Below the pieces are notes generated by a model. It made no database searches. It was not told the origin of the DNA and saw nothing but the letters and a program-made list of their open reading frames with translations. Shown here piece after piece: positions 28,241 to 37,286 of a stretch of DNA of 64,000 bases (the first letter of the stretch is position 1; each line of letters begins with the position of its first letter). Made by a program: the position numbers and the translations under genes. The stretch comes from Candidatus Poribacteria bacterium (GTDB lineage Bacteria; Poribacteria; WGA-4E; WGA-3G), in contig OZ244821.1 in NCBI GenBank assembly GCA_965220325.1, positions 3,037,924-3,101,923 of the forward strand, given 5' to 3'.

Positions 28241-28993
28241 TCAAAATTCGTAGATATCTGCACGCTGTTTCGCCACCTTGTGCCGGACGAGTGCCTGCAG
28301 ATCTTCTGGCATTCGCGCGAACGTCTCTGGAAAAACGGGTTGGTGTCCGCCTTCGCGCATCAGATTCCACCACGCAGGATAATAAGCGATATTCAACGCC
28401 ATACGATGTTGGTCGTTGGTTGTGTTTGCGCCTTGTCCGTGCCATGTGCCACCGTGCCATAATAGCACAGAACCCCGCTGTCCGCAGACAGACACCGGAT
28501 GACTCTCTGCAATATCGGATTGTGTAGGTCTACGCCGTGCGCGATGACTAAACGGCACAACGAGCGTCGCGCCGTTCTCAACAGTAAAGTCCGTTATCAT
28601 CCAGATTGAATTAATCATCCACGGTGTTTCGGGTAAGCGTGCGGGTAAATCATGCGTTGAATCAGAATGGATACCGCCCTGCGGCGCACGCGGTTTGACC
28701 CATTTCGTGCACGCCTCACCCAACCGTGCGCTGTCGCCGAGAAAATGGCGGACGACCTGTAGCACCTGTGGATGTGCAATACATTCCCAACACATCTCAT
28801 CGAGGTTGACCACACCGAAAAGCGTTTGATACAGTTCGGCATCTGGATCCTGAAAAGTCTGTCGATTCGCTGGGTCTTGGTGGAGTTGGAAGTATTTCTC
28901 CGCCATTGCGTCTGCTTGTGTCGCAGGGATTGCGTCCTCAATCAAGCAGTAACCGAATGTTTCGAGATGCTCTATTGCGTCTTGTTGTAGCAT
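28241..28993 (-). CDS. Phytanoyl-CoA dioxygenase (PhyH) family protein
   Basis: MLQQDAIEHLETFGYCLIEDAIP...HSDSTHD...WHGQGAN pattern. Confidence 0.7.
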   Translation of the reverse strand: MLQQDAIEHLETFGYCLIEDAIPATQADAMAEKYFQLHQDPANRQTFQDPDAELYQTLFGVVNLDEMCWECIAHPQVLQVVRHFLGDSARLGEACTKWVKPRAPQGGIHSDSTHDLPARLPETPWMINSIWMITDFTVENGATLVVPFSHRARRRPTQSDIAESHPVSVCGQRGSVLLWHGGTWHGQGANTTNDQHRMALNIAYYPAWWNLMREGGHQPVFPETFARMPEDLQALVRHKVAKQRADIYEF

Positions 28994-29007
28994 TCGCTGA
29001 ACTCCGT

Positions 29008-29712
29008 TTACGATTTATTACAGAATACCAACATAAATCTATTTTCTTCTATCTGTTCGACTTGTTCTAAAGGAAGATGTTTCTCAACAATGTACTTGGC
29101 AAAGGCGACTGTCCAAAAGTACCATGGAGCCGCGTACGTACCTTTGTCAGGAATTGTACGACTTCCTTCTATTAAACCTGTCTGGATGTCGTATCGCTCT
29201 GGAAGGGTTTCCTCTCCTGCTCTTTTGACCAATTCATCGTGTATAATGACAATAAAGATGCCATTGTCCGATAGAATCTCTTTAAGCTGAACTGTTAAGC
29301 TCTCCAGCGTCTGATACGATAAGTAGCCATTATTTTGAGGAAGCAACGCAAGATCGAAAGAATTCTGTTTGTAGGGTAGCGCAGCTATGTTCCCGATGTT
29401 GAATTGACAGCGGCTCTTTCTTCTTTGTGCTACCTCTTTTGCGTGGCGGAGTGGAATCTCTGCGAAGTCAATACCTGTTGCTATCGCACCCATGTCTTCC
29501 ATAGCAAAAGTGAACCGTCCTGCATTGCATCCTAAATCTAATGCGCGCATACCGGGTTTTATGAGTTTAGATAGGTGGTTTTCATATCTGTCAACGGCAA
29601 ATTGCGATCTTGGATCATCGGGATCGGTAGTCGGGTGAACACCCGCCGCGTTGTAATGTTTCTGAGTCGCATCAAATATGCTCATCTGTTTTCCTTCAAA
29701 TATGGCTTGCAT
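29008..29712 (-). CDS. Class I SAM-dependent methyltransferase
   Basis: ALDLGCNAGRFTFAM (motif I GxGxG-like) followed by an acidic residue in GIDFAE. Confidence 0.75.
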   Translation of the reverse strand: MQAIFEGKQMSIFDATQKHYNAAGVHPTTDPDDPRSQFAVDRYENHLSKLIKPGMRALDLGCNAGRFTFAMEDMGAIATGIDFAEIPLRHAKEVAQRRKSRCQFNIGNIAALPYKQNSFDLALLPQNNGYLSYQTLESLTVQLKEILSDNGIFIVIIHDELVKRAGEETLPERYDIQTGLIEGSRTIPDKGTYAAPWYFWTVAFAKYIVEKHLPLEQVEQIEENRFMLVFCNKS

Positions 29713-29816
29713 TGTCCAAAACTATCGTGTAAATTAACAGGATAGAATGTATCATATATTTTGCCATAATTCATCATGTTAGACAAGGTAAAATGACTAT
29801 ATAGGGGATCCAACCA

Positions 29817-30881
29817 ATGTTATCAACTGAAGATATGGGCGGCGTTGTCGTTACTCCAAGCCAATTGAGCGATATGCAAGCGGGTGATTATATTCTCCAT
29901 GCCCGTGATGGCATACTAAACAAGGTTCCAGTGGAGAAAATCCGCATGCCTTTAGATCCGCAGGCGCATTATCAAGGGTTGAACCTCGTTTTGACCCTTG
30001 ATGGGACTATCTATGCCGTGCAGCAGACGATCATCTCCAAGTCCACGGATGGTGGTAAGACTTGGGGACACCTGAATAGAAATCCGTCCGCGTTCGGTTT
30101 CAACGGATGGCTGCTGCAAGCCAATCGGCATGGACAGCTGATTAACATAAGTCAACCGGGTGAAGAACAACCGACCACTGTCTGGCTATCCGATGATGAG
30201 GGTGAAACGTGGGAACAGACGAGCGAGATAGATGTTGCACCGTTTCAGAAAACCGTTGCTGGTTCAAGCCTGACGCGTCTCAGTGATGGGACGCTCCTCC
30301 TACCCATTAAAAGGTGTGATGATCCGTTTTATGAGGGCGCCAATCCAACTTATGTCTTCGTTTCGGACGATGATGGATACACCTTCTCAACCCGCTTCTT
30401 CTTGTCAGACTACGGTAATGAGGTCAATATTGCAGAACTTTTCCCCGGACAGCTGCTTGCGGTCATTCGTTACCAACCCGGACCACCAGACCAACCTCAT
30501 ACGAACAAAACCGTCTTCCTCGCAGACTCAGTAGACAACGGTGCGACATGGACGGATCTGCGTCAACTGACAAGTGTGCATGGGCAGTGCCACGGTGCTG
30601 CGGTTGGGCTTTCTAATAATTGTGCTGTTGTGGCTTATGACCACCGTTATCCACGCGAACTCGGCAGCGGTCGTGCGATGGTCAGCGACGACAACGGCAA
30701 AACTTGGTCCGATGAAGTCTACTATCTCTGTCATGGGCACGTTGCAGGCTTCCCGCGACACGTTAGTTTAGATGGTGAAGAGATATTGACTTTTATTGGT
30801 TCCTGCTACGGTGATGTCAGTAAATGGGAGAACGCTACAGGAAACTCACACTTCTGTATCATCCGGTGGCGACCGGTTTAG
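29817..30881 (+). CDS. BNR/Asp-box repeat protein (sialidase-like beta-propeller)
   Basis: Asp-box motifs STDGGKTW, SDDEGETW, SDDDGYTF, SVDNGATW and SDDNGKTW. Confidence 0.65.
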   Translation: MLSTEDMGGVVVTPSQLSDMQAGDYILHARDGILNKVPVEKIRMPLDPQAHYQGLNLVLTLDGTIYAVQQTIISKSTDGGKTWGHLNRNPSAFGFNGWLLQANRHGQLINISQPGEEQPTTVWLSDDEGETWEQTSEIDVAPFQKTVAGSSLTRLSDGTLLLPIKRCDDPFYEGANPTYVFVSDDDGYTFSTRFFLSDYGNEVNIAELFPGQLLAVIRYQPGPPDQPHTNKTVFLADSVDNGATWTDLRQLTSVHGQCHGAAVGLSNNCAVVAYDHRYPRELGSGRAMVSDDNGKTWSDEVYYLCHGHVAGFPRHVSLDGEEILTFIGSCYGDVSKWENATGNSHFCIIRWRPV

Positions 30882-30891
30882 GACAGCAACT

Positions 30892-32016
30892 ATGAAAATT
30901 ACTGGATTTGAGACAATACCCATTCAAGGGCGTGCAATGGTTCTAAAAATGTTTACCGACGAAGGGATTATCGGCTACGGTGAACCGATGAATTACGAGC
31001 ATTGGCGCGTCGTTGCGCAAGCCGTGGACGACATGGCGGAATACCTTGTTGGTAAAGATCCACTACAGATAGAAGACCACTGGCAAGCGATGTACCGGTC
31101 AAGTTATAGTCGGAGTATGCCTGTATTGGTTGGCGCGCTGAGTGGTATTGAGATGGCGATGTGGGATGTCTTCGGCAAAGTCGTCGGGATGCCAGTATGG
31201 AAACTCTTAGGAGGTTCGGTACGAAAGCGGATCCGTGTTTATACGGGTATCGGCGGCACAACACCTGAGGCGTGTGCAGAGAGTGCGAAAAAAGCGGTTG
31301 CAGCCGGATTCCGGGCAGTGAAGATGGGTGCTTCGTCACAGCCTGTACGATTTGTGGATACGCCGAAGGCAATTGACGTAATGGTGGCGAGAGTCGCGGC
31401 AGTGCGCGAAGCTGTGGGAAATGAGGTAGATATTGCGGTTGATCTGCATCGGCGGTTAAGCCCAACAATGGCAATAATTCTTGTGAAGGAATTAGAACCC
31501 TTTCGGCTCCTGTTCGCTGAAGAACCGTGCCATCCAGAAAATAATGAACCGCTGTTAGCACTATCCAGATCAACGACAGTGCCGATCGCAACTGGTGAGC
31601 GGCACTTGACAAGATGGGGTTTCCGAGAGGTAATCGAACGTGAGATGTGCGCGATTTTGCAACCCGACATCCGGCACTGCGGCGGGATATTAGAACTGAA
31701 AAAGATCTCAGCAATGGCGGAAATTCACAATATGGCGATTGCTCCGCACAACGCCGCCGGTCCTATCGGGGTCGCAGCATCTGTTCACGTCATGGCAACC
31801 GTACCGAATTTACTGGTATGTGAGGGTGGACACCGGCGCGGAGAAGGACTGTTCTCAACACCTCTGGTACTCAAGGACGGATTTATTGAACTACCGACAG
31901 CACCGGGACTCGGTGTGGATATGGACGATTCGGCTATCGAAGCCGTGCGAGATGAGACGTTTCGGTTACGTGGGATGTTTTGGCACTCGGACGACGGGGC
32001 TTTTGCAGACTTCTAA
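30892..32016 (+). CDS. dgoD: D-galactonate dehydratase family enzyme (enolase superfamily, MR/MLE)
   Basis: MKITGFETIPIQGRAMVLKMFTDEGIIGYGEP, KELEPFRLLFAEEP and ILQPDIRHCGGILE...APHNAAGPIG all align closely with E. coli DgoD. Start chosen at the ATG after the preceding gene's stop. Confidence 0.75.
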   Translation: MKITGFETIPIQGRAMVLKMFTDEGIIGYGEPMNYEHWRVVAQAVDDMAEYLVGKDPLQIEDHWQAMYRSSYSRSMPVLVGALSGIEMAMWDVFGKVVGMPVWKLLGGSVRKRIRVYTGIGGTTPEACAESAKKAVAAGFRAVKMGASSQPVRFVDTPKAIDVMVARVAAVREAVGNEVDIAVDLHRRLSPTMAIILVKELEPFRLLFAEEPCHPENNEPLLALSRSTTVPIATGERHLTRWGFREVIEREMCAILQPDIRHCGGILELKKISAMAEIHNMAIAPHNAAGPIGVAASVHVMATVPNLLVCEGGHRRGEGLFSTPLVLKDGFIELPTAPGLGVDMDDSAIEAVRDETFRLRGMFWHSDDGAFADF

Positions 32017-32026
32017 CAGCAATTCT

Positions 32027-32317
32027 TCACATCGTCTTATCTTGATCAGTCGGGCGTGTAGAAAGATTCGTTTTTGGTGGAATATCATAAGAGATGTAGC
32101 CGCAGCGCGGGCAGCGCATCTCAAGTTCAACGAGGTTTCTGACCTCACCTGTTTTCTCAGGCTTCCGTCGCGTTTGGCACTGCGGACACCGAACTGCCCG
32201 GAATTCATCAATATCGCTTCTGCCAAAATATGCCCCAATCTTAAACAGGACAAACAACAGCGCGACGAGGAGAAGGCACACACAAGTAAAAATGAGAAAA
32301 GGCAAGAATGTTGGCAT
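32027..32317 (-). CDS. Small membrane-anchored zinc-ribbon protein
   Basis: An N-terminal TM helix, then CPQC...CPRCG. Confidence 0.4.
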   Translation of the reverse strand: MPTFLPFLIFTCVCLLLVALLFVLFKIGAYFGRSDIDEFRAVRCPQCQTRRKPEKTGEVRNLVELEMRCPRCGYISYDIPPKTNLSTRPTDQDKTM

Positions 32318-32353
32318 GTCGCTTTCCTCAAAATAGGTAGGTGGGGATTAACG

Positions 32354-32713
32354 TTAATTTTCCAGGAGTATTAGCGGTTTAACCGAATCCTGATGATAGG
32401 TCGCTTCTGTAACCGTATCCGTAAAGAAAGGTGCAAAAAACGCATCAGCGGTGTCCAGAAATTCCGGAAGATTGAGTCCCATATACTTCCCGTCAGCATT
32501 TTCGCATTCAGTGACGACCTGCCGTAATTTATCACGTCCGGCCGTAGAAAGCGTACGCAAGGGGCGCAACATCCGCATATGGTACTTGATTAAAGACGCT
32601 GATACCTGAATTAACCCTTGAAGGTAGAGGCGATAGGTATCTTCTGCTTGGTGCCATATCCCTTCCCACGCCTCGTGTGCTTCCCACCAATAAGCGAAAT
32701 TGTAAAGGTCCAC
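32354..32713 (-). CDS. DUF309 domain protein
   Basis: LYNFAYWWEAHEAWEGIW matches the DUF309 signature. Apparent GTG start. The upstream 60 in-frame codons lack a canonical start codon. Confidence 0.5.
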   Translation of the reverse strand: MDLYNFAYWWEAHEAWEGIWHQAEDTYRLYLQGLIQVSASLIKYHMRMLRPLRTLSTAGRDKLRQVVTECENADGKYMGLNLPEFLDTADAFFAPFFTDTVTEATYHQDSVKPLILLEN

Positions 32714-33015
32714 ACCGTAAAGATAGGCCTCGTTCTGGTGCCAAAGTTCGGGGGGTATCGGTTCAGCGTCGTGTTCCTCTTCCGTCCCGTAACTATGTCC
32801 TAGCGGGTCTCGAATCGGATGCGGTGTTACACCTGGTATATGCCGATACGGCGGAAACGGCTTTTGTGGACAATACCGATGCCAAGCTTCATCAAAAGGT
32901 TCAGGCTGTTTTTTAATTTTTCCTTGCGGTTAAACAACGTGCGTTTGGGGTATCACGTACGTTCCTTAGACCCGCCCTCCACTACGTTTCGGGCTAACGT
33001 TTTTGGTGTTTAGTA

Positions 33016-34395
33016 TTACGTTCTGCCGATGCCGATGTAGTGGAACCCTGCAGCGCGTGCTTCTTCTGGCGAATAGACGTTACGTCCATCAATGAGGATC
33101 GGTGTCTTCATCTGTTTCGCGAGCCTGCGGAGCTCCAACCTATGGTAGAGGTCCCATTCGGTAACGAGAACGAGTGCGTCCGCATCGTACGGAAGTTCGT
33201 ATACATCTTCAGTGAAGTGCAATCTACTGTCGTGGGTATTGTCTCTTTGGCTTAGAGCCTGACGTGCATTTGTAATAGCGATCGGATCGTGTGCTCGGAC
33301 AGCGGCACCTTCGGCGAGGAGTTCTCGGATGATGTCAAGTGCGGGTGCCTCTCGAATGTCGTCAGTGTTCGGTTTAAAGGCGAGACCAAGAATACCGACG
33401 GTTTTGCCTTCAAGTGTGGACAGCGCCTCCCGCAATTTTTCGACGATACGTTTCCGTTGTCGGAAGTTGACTGTGCGTGCAGCTTCCGTAATCGGCATCT
33501 TGTAGCCGGATTGTGCCGCGACCCCTAAGAGTGCAGCGGTGTCTTTCGGATAGCAGCTCCCGCCCCAACCGAGGCCTGCACGGAGAAATCGGTGTCCGAT
33601 CCGCGCGTCGAGTCCAATACCACGGGCGACTTCTGTTACATCTGCCGCCACTTCTTCACAGAGTCCAGCGATTTCGTTAATAAAACTAATCTTGAGAGCG
33701 AGGAAGGTGTTGGCGGCATATTTAATCATCTCGGCACTGTTCGGGTCGGTCGTCATCATCGGTGGAAGATGATAAGAAGGCGGACGTGGAAACTCGCTCG
33801 GCGGGTCAAAAGTTTGTTCGAGGATCGGTTTATAGAGACGACGCAAGGTATCAACAGCTTCTTCGCTGTTTGCACCGACGACGATCCGATCGGGGTAGAA
33901 TGCGCCTTGTAGTGCCAATCCTTCTTGTAGGAACTCTGGATTCGAGGCGACAGAGATGTTCCCTCGGATCCCGCGCGCTGAAAAGACGTTTTCTACAACC
34001 TCAGCAACACGTTGGTTGGTGCCGATAGGGACAGTGGATTTGACGACGAGCGTATAGTGTTTATTCGGTAGGCAGACCTGCGCGACTTCTCTCGCGGCTT
34101 GTTCAACGTGCCGTGTATCCGCTTCACCGTTCTTCTTTGGTGGTGTGCCGACAGCAATCAGAATCAGTTCCGCGCCCGGAACGGCTTCAGCCACATTCGG
34201 CGTGAAACGGATCGTGTGCCATACTTCTTCAAGGAGGTTTTGGATGCCGGGTTCATGGATCGGACTTTGCCCTTCGTGTAAAAGGGAGAGTTTGCTTTCG
34301 TCTTTATCCACTGCGGTAACATCATGGTGCAGATAAGAGAGGACAACCGCTGTGGTCAAACCGACGTATCCTGTTCCTATAATGGCGATCTTCAT
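33016..34395 (-). CDS. ugd: UDP-glucose/GDP-mannose dehydrogenase family enzyme (UDP-glucose 6-dehydrogenase-like)
   Basis: MKIAIIGTGYVGLTTAVVL NAD-binding fold. GGSCYPKD catalytic Cys motif. Confidence 0.85.
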   Translation of the reverse strand: MKIAIIGTGYVGLTTAVVLSYLHHDVTAVDKDESKLSLLHEGQSPIHEPGIQNLLEEVWHTIRFTPNVAEAVPGAELILIAVGTPPKKNGEADTRHVEQAAREVAQVCLPNKHYTLVVKSTVPIGTNQRVAEVVENVFSARGIRGNISVASNPEFLQEGLALQGAFYPDRIVVGANSEEAVDTLRRLYKPILEQTFDPPSEFPRPPSYHLPPMMTTDPNSAEMIKYAANTFLALKISFINEIAGLCEEVAADVTEVARGIGLDARIGHRFLRAGLGWGGSCYPKDTAALLGVAAQSGYKMPITEAARTVNFRQRKRIVEKLREALSTLEGKTVGILGLAFKPNTDDIREAPALDIIRELLAEGAAVRAHDPIAITNARQALSQRDNTHDSRLHFTEDVYELPYDADALVLVTEWDLYHRLELRRLAKQMKTPILIDGRNVYSPEEARAAGFHYIGIGRT

Positions 34396-34619
34396 TTATC
34401 GTATCTCGGTGTGAGTTCATCAATTTCAAGAACTCTTTGAAGTCGTTCGGTAGCCGGGTCGTAGCCATAGTGAAGCTGCCGCATCAATTCAAGGGCTGCC
34501 ATACGTTCTTGTGGTGTTTTAGAATGCCAATAGACTTTATCAGCTTCAGCAGCTTCTTCAAAAGAGGATAGCACAGAAAGCGTTTTTCGATCTACTTTAA
34601 AGGTATCCATTGGACGCAT
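34392..34619 (-). CDS. Small hypothetical protein (75 aa)
   Basis: ATG at 34619 after GGAG. MRPMDTFKVDRKTLSVLSSFEEAAEADKVYWHSKTPQERMAALELMRQ. The start was trimmed from the ORF track to avoid overlapping the MoxR gene. Confidence 0.35.
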   Translation of the reverse strand: MRPMDTFKVDRKTLSVLSSFEEAAEADKVYWHSKTPQERMAALELMRQLHYGYDPATERLQRVLEIDELTPRYDK

Positions 34620-34638
34620 TGCTTTTATCTCCGTCCGT

Positions 34639-35664
34639 TTATTGGACAGCTGGCGGTTCGACCTGTTCCAGCAGTTTATTGATAATATCCAGACTCGTGA
34701 TTCCATCCGCTTCGGCGTTGAAATTCGTCAAAATTCGGTGACGTAGCACCGGTGCTGCGACCGCCTTGATATCGTCATAGGCGACGTGATAACGTCCGTG
34801 AAGGATCGCACGGGCTTTCGCACCGAGGACAAGGTATTGCGATGCCCGTGGTCCCGCCCCCCACTGCACCCAATCCTTAATGAAATCGAGGGCATCTGGA
34901 GTCGGGCGTGTCTGCCTGCTCAATTCTACAGCGTAGTCCACAATCGCTTCCGCGATCGGAACTTTTCGGACGATCTGTTGGATTTGCAGTACTTCTTCGC
35001 CGGTGATAACGGCTTTTATCTCTGGTTCATAGGCGGCGGTGGTCGTCATCACGATCTCTTTTTCGGCATCTTTATCTGGATAATCAATTGTGATGTGGAA
35101 CATGAACCGATCGAGTTGCGCTTCTGGTAGTGGATAAGTGCCTTCTTGCTCAATCGGGTTCTGTGTTGCTAAGACGAAAAATGGGCGTTCTAATGCATAA
35201 GTTCTACCGCCTGCTGTAACCTTGTATTCCTGCATCGCTTGTAAAAGTGCTGCTTGTGTTTTAGGCGGTGTTCGGTTGATTTCATCGGCGAGAACGATAT
35301 TAGCAAATACCGGTCCTTTGATGAAGCGGAATGCTCGTTTCCCTGCCTCGCCTTCCTCAATAATGTCAGTGCCGATAATGTCAGATGGCATCAGGTCTGG
35401 CGTAAATTGGATACGATTGAAGGGGAGCTCAAGGATCTGGGCGAACGTGCTAATTAGCAGCGTCTTCGCTAACCCGGGCACACCGACCAACAAGCAGTGC
35501 CCCTGTGAAAAGAGCGCGATGAGAAGTTGCTCAATGACCTCGTTCTGCCCGATAATTCGCTTTTTGAGTTCTGTTAAAATGTTTTCTCGTGCCGTTTTTA
35601 AAGTTTCGGCGGCTGCCATGTCGGTCAGCGGTTGTCCGATTTGTGTTTGTGTGTCGTTTTTCAT
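34639..35664 (-). CDS. MoxR-family AAA+ ATPase
   Basis: IIGQNEVIEQLLIALFSQGHCLLVGVPGLAKTLL Walker A. DEINR Walker B. Typical MoxR length and C-terminus. Confidence 0.85.
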   Translation of the reverse strand: MKNDTQTQIGQPLTDMAAAETLKTARENILTELKKRIIGQNEVIEQLLIALFSQGHCLLVGVPGLAKTLLISTFAQILELPFNRIQFTPDLMPSDIIGTDIIEEGEAGKRAFRFIKGPVFANIVLADEINRTPPKTQAALLQAMQEYKVTAGGRTYALERPFFVLATQNPIEQEGTYPLPEAQLDRFMFHITIDYPDKDAEKEIVMTTTAAYEPEIKAVITGEEVLQIQQIVRKVPIAEAIVDYAVELSRQTRPTPDALDFIKDWVQWGAGPRASQYLVLGAKARAILHGRYHVAYDDIKAVAAPVLRHRILTNFNAEADGITSLDIINKLLEQVEPPAVQ

Positions 35665-35676
35665 ATTTTTTTTGGG

Positions 35677-36765
35677 TTAGTCATCCGAAACTTTCCACAT
35701 TTGAAGTCCATCGAAATCAAAGTTAGCATCAATGACGTGTGCCCCTGCCTCTTCAAGTTTTTGGCGGACGCGATGTTCACGTGTCGGTTCACAATAAAAC
35801 AGAAGGCACCCGCCACCGCCAGCACCGCAAACTTTGCCCCCGATTGCGCCGTGTGCCATTGCGATTTTAAAGAGAGATTCAATCTGTTCATTTGTAACAG
35901 AGGCGTGTAACTTTTTTTGATTATTCCAGTTTTCGGTGAGAAGTTCGCCAAATTCCGTTAATCGCCCTCGCATGAGTGCTGTTTTCGTTGCTTCGGCAAT
36001 GGCTTTGAGGGTTTCTAAAGCTTCGCGAACACTGGGTTGACTGCTTTTATAGGCATCCGTTACATTTTGATGTATATTACCAGAGAGACGGGACTTTCCG
36101 GTATAACAGAGGACAAGGTTCTTTTCGAGTTCATAACGGATGTGGGGGGGGAACCGCAATGCGGAAGTTTTAACATCTTCGCCTTGGAACTCCATGAAGT
36201 GGATACCACCGAGCGCGCTCGCGTAGTGGTCCTGTTTTCCGCCGAGTATCCCGAGTTCGTGGCGTTCAATAGTGCTGGCGAGATCCGCGTATTCATAAGG
36301 GAGATAGGTTACGTCCTTAAGCGCGCCGAGGGCACCGACGAGTGCTACACCCATTGATGCCGAGGTGCCTAATCCGCTACCGGGCGGTGCAGTTGACTGC
36401 GTAATAAGATCAAACCCACCGATCTGTATAGACATCCGACGTACAGCGGCTTTCACCAAATCAACATTACCGTCATATTCGAGTTGACGTATGTCATCTG
36501 CTTCAATGAAAGTATCAAAATCCGCGGAATAGATACGAATACTTTTGTCCAAAACCCGCTGCAGTTCAACGGAATCGTCCTGTGTCGTTTGGCGTTCACA
36601 GCGGAGGGTAGCATAAGCGTATCGGTTGATAGCCCCATTGACGACGAACCCTCTTGAATTTTCGGTGAAGAGGGCGACATCGCTCCACCCGCCAGCAAAA
36701 TCAATGCGGACTGGGGCTCTCGTTCGGATTAGCATGGCGAGTCTCCTGACATCAGTTTTTGGCAA
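35677..36765 (-). CDS. GHMP-family sugar kinase (HddA/fucokinase-like subgroup)
   Basis: RAPVRIDFAGGWSD N-terminal motif and PPGSGLGTSASMGVALVGAL (GHMP motif II). It contains a C8 run in coding sequence at about 36141-36148. Confidence 0.7.
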   Translation of the reverse strand: MPKTDVRRLAMLIRTRAPVRIDFAGGWSDVALFTENSRGFVVNGAINRYAYATLRCERQTTQDDSVELQRVLDKSIRIYSADFDTFIEADDIRQLEYDGNVDLVKAAVRRMSIQIGGFDLITQSTAPPGSGLGTSASMGVALVGALGALKDVTYLPYEYADLASTIERHELGILGGKQDHYASALGGIHFMEFQGEDVKTSALRFPPHIRYELEKNLVLCYTGKSRLSGNIHQNVTDAYKSSQPSVREALETLKAIAEATKTALMRGRLTEFGELLTENWNNQKKLHASVTNEQIESLFKIAMAHGAIGGKVCGAGGGGCLLFYCEPTREHRVRQKLEEAGAHVIDANFDFDGLQMWKVSDD

Positions 36766-36920
36766 GCGCGCGAAACCTGTTAAAAATGATGCGGATCAAA
36801 ATCGGAAAGTTTAGTTACAGCCGAGTCGGAATTGCGCCGTTGATTGTCGTTGATATTATTCGTGTATATTGCAAGGGCATTCGTTAGAGAACACCGGAGC
36901 CACTTCTTTTTTAAGAAGCG

Positions 36921-36976
36921 TCCGAAAAAGCCGCGGCTATCCCTCGTTAAACGGGAATAGTTTCAGCGGCTTTTCC
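36921..36976 (-). terminator. Intrinsic terminator downstream of the HU gene
   Basis: On the minus strand: GGAAAAGCCGC-loop-GCGGCTTTTTC (9-bp stem) followed by a T-run. It lies 30 nt after the HU stop. Confidence 0.5.
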
Positions 36977-37004
36977 GAGAAACTGAGCGAAAGAACCGCT
37001 AATT

Positions 37005-37286
37005 TTAGGCGGCGGCATCGCGAAGTTTCTTGCCAGCTTTGAAAACAGGAACCGTTTTCGCCGCAATTTCAAGCGGTGCCCCAGTCTGTGGGTTGCGACC
37101 TGTCCGGGCCGGGCGATGTTTGGTATCAAACGTTCCAAACCCAATGAGACCAACAGAATCACCATTGCTCAAAGCTTCGCAAATAGTCGCAGCGAATGCG
37201 TCAACAGCGGCATTCGCATCTTTTTTGCTAAGCCCCGTCTGTTCGACGATACTGTCAACGACATTATTCTTCGTTAATTTTGCCAT
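37005..37286 (-). CDS. hup: HU family DNA-binding protein
   Basis: MAKLTKNNVVDSIVEQTGLSKKDANAAVDAFAATICEALSNGDSVGLIGFGTFDTKHRPARTGRNPQTGAPLEI. This is the classic HU/IHF fold signature. Confidence 0.85.
   Translation of the reverse strand: MAKLTKNNVVDSIVEQTGLSKKDANAAVDAFAATICEALSNGDSVGLIGFGTFDTKHRPARTGRNPQTGAPLEIAAKTVPVFKAGKKLRDAAA

Noticed and set aside
30968-32374. 248-aa and 143-aa minus-strand ORFs and a 211-aa plus-strand ORF overlapping the DgoD-like gene and the zinc-ribbon and DUF309 genes
   Set aside because: They overlap a confidently identified enolase-superfamily gene on the opposite strand or in another frame. They are Arg/Ser/Pro-rich, typical of antisense translation of GC-rich coding DNA.
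32714-32930. Upstream in-frame extension of the DUF309 gene (about 70 stop-free codons)
   Set aside because: There is no ATG/GTG/TTG anywhere in the extension. The DUF309 signature begins right at the GTG start. The open frame is attributed to chance in GC-rich sequence, though a non-canonical start or a frameshifted longer gene cannot be excluded.
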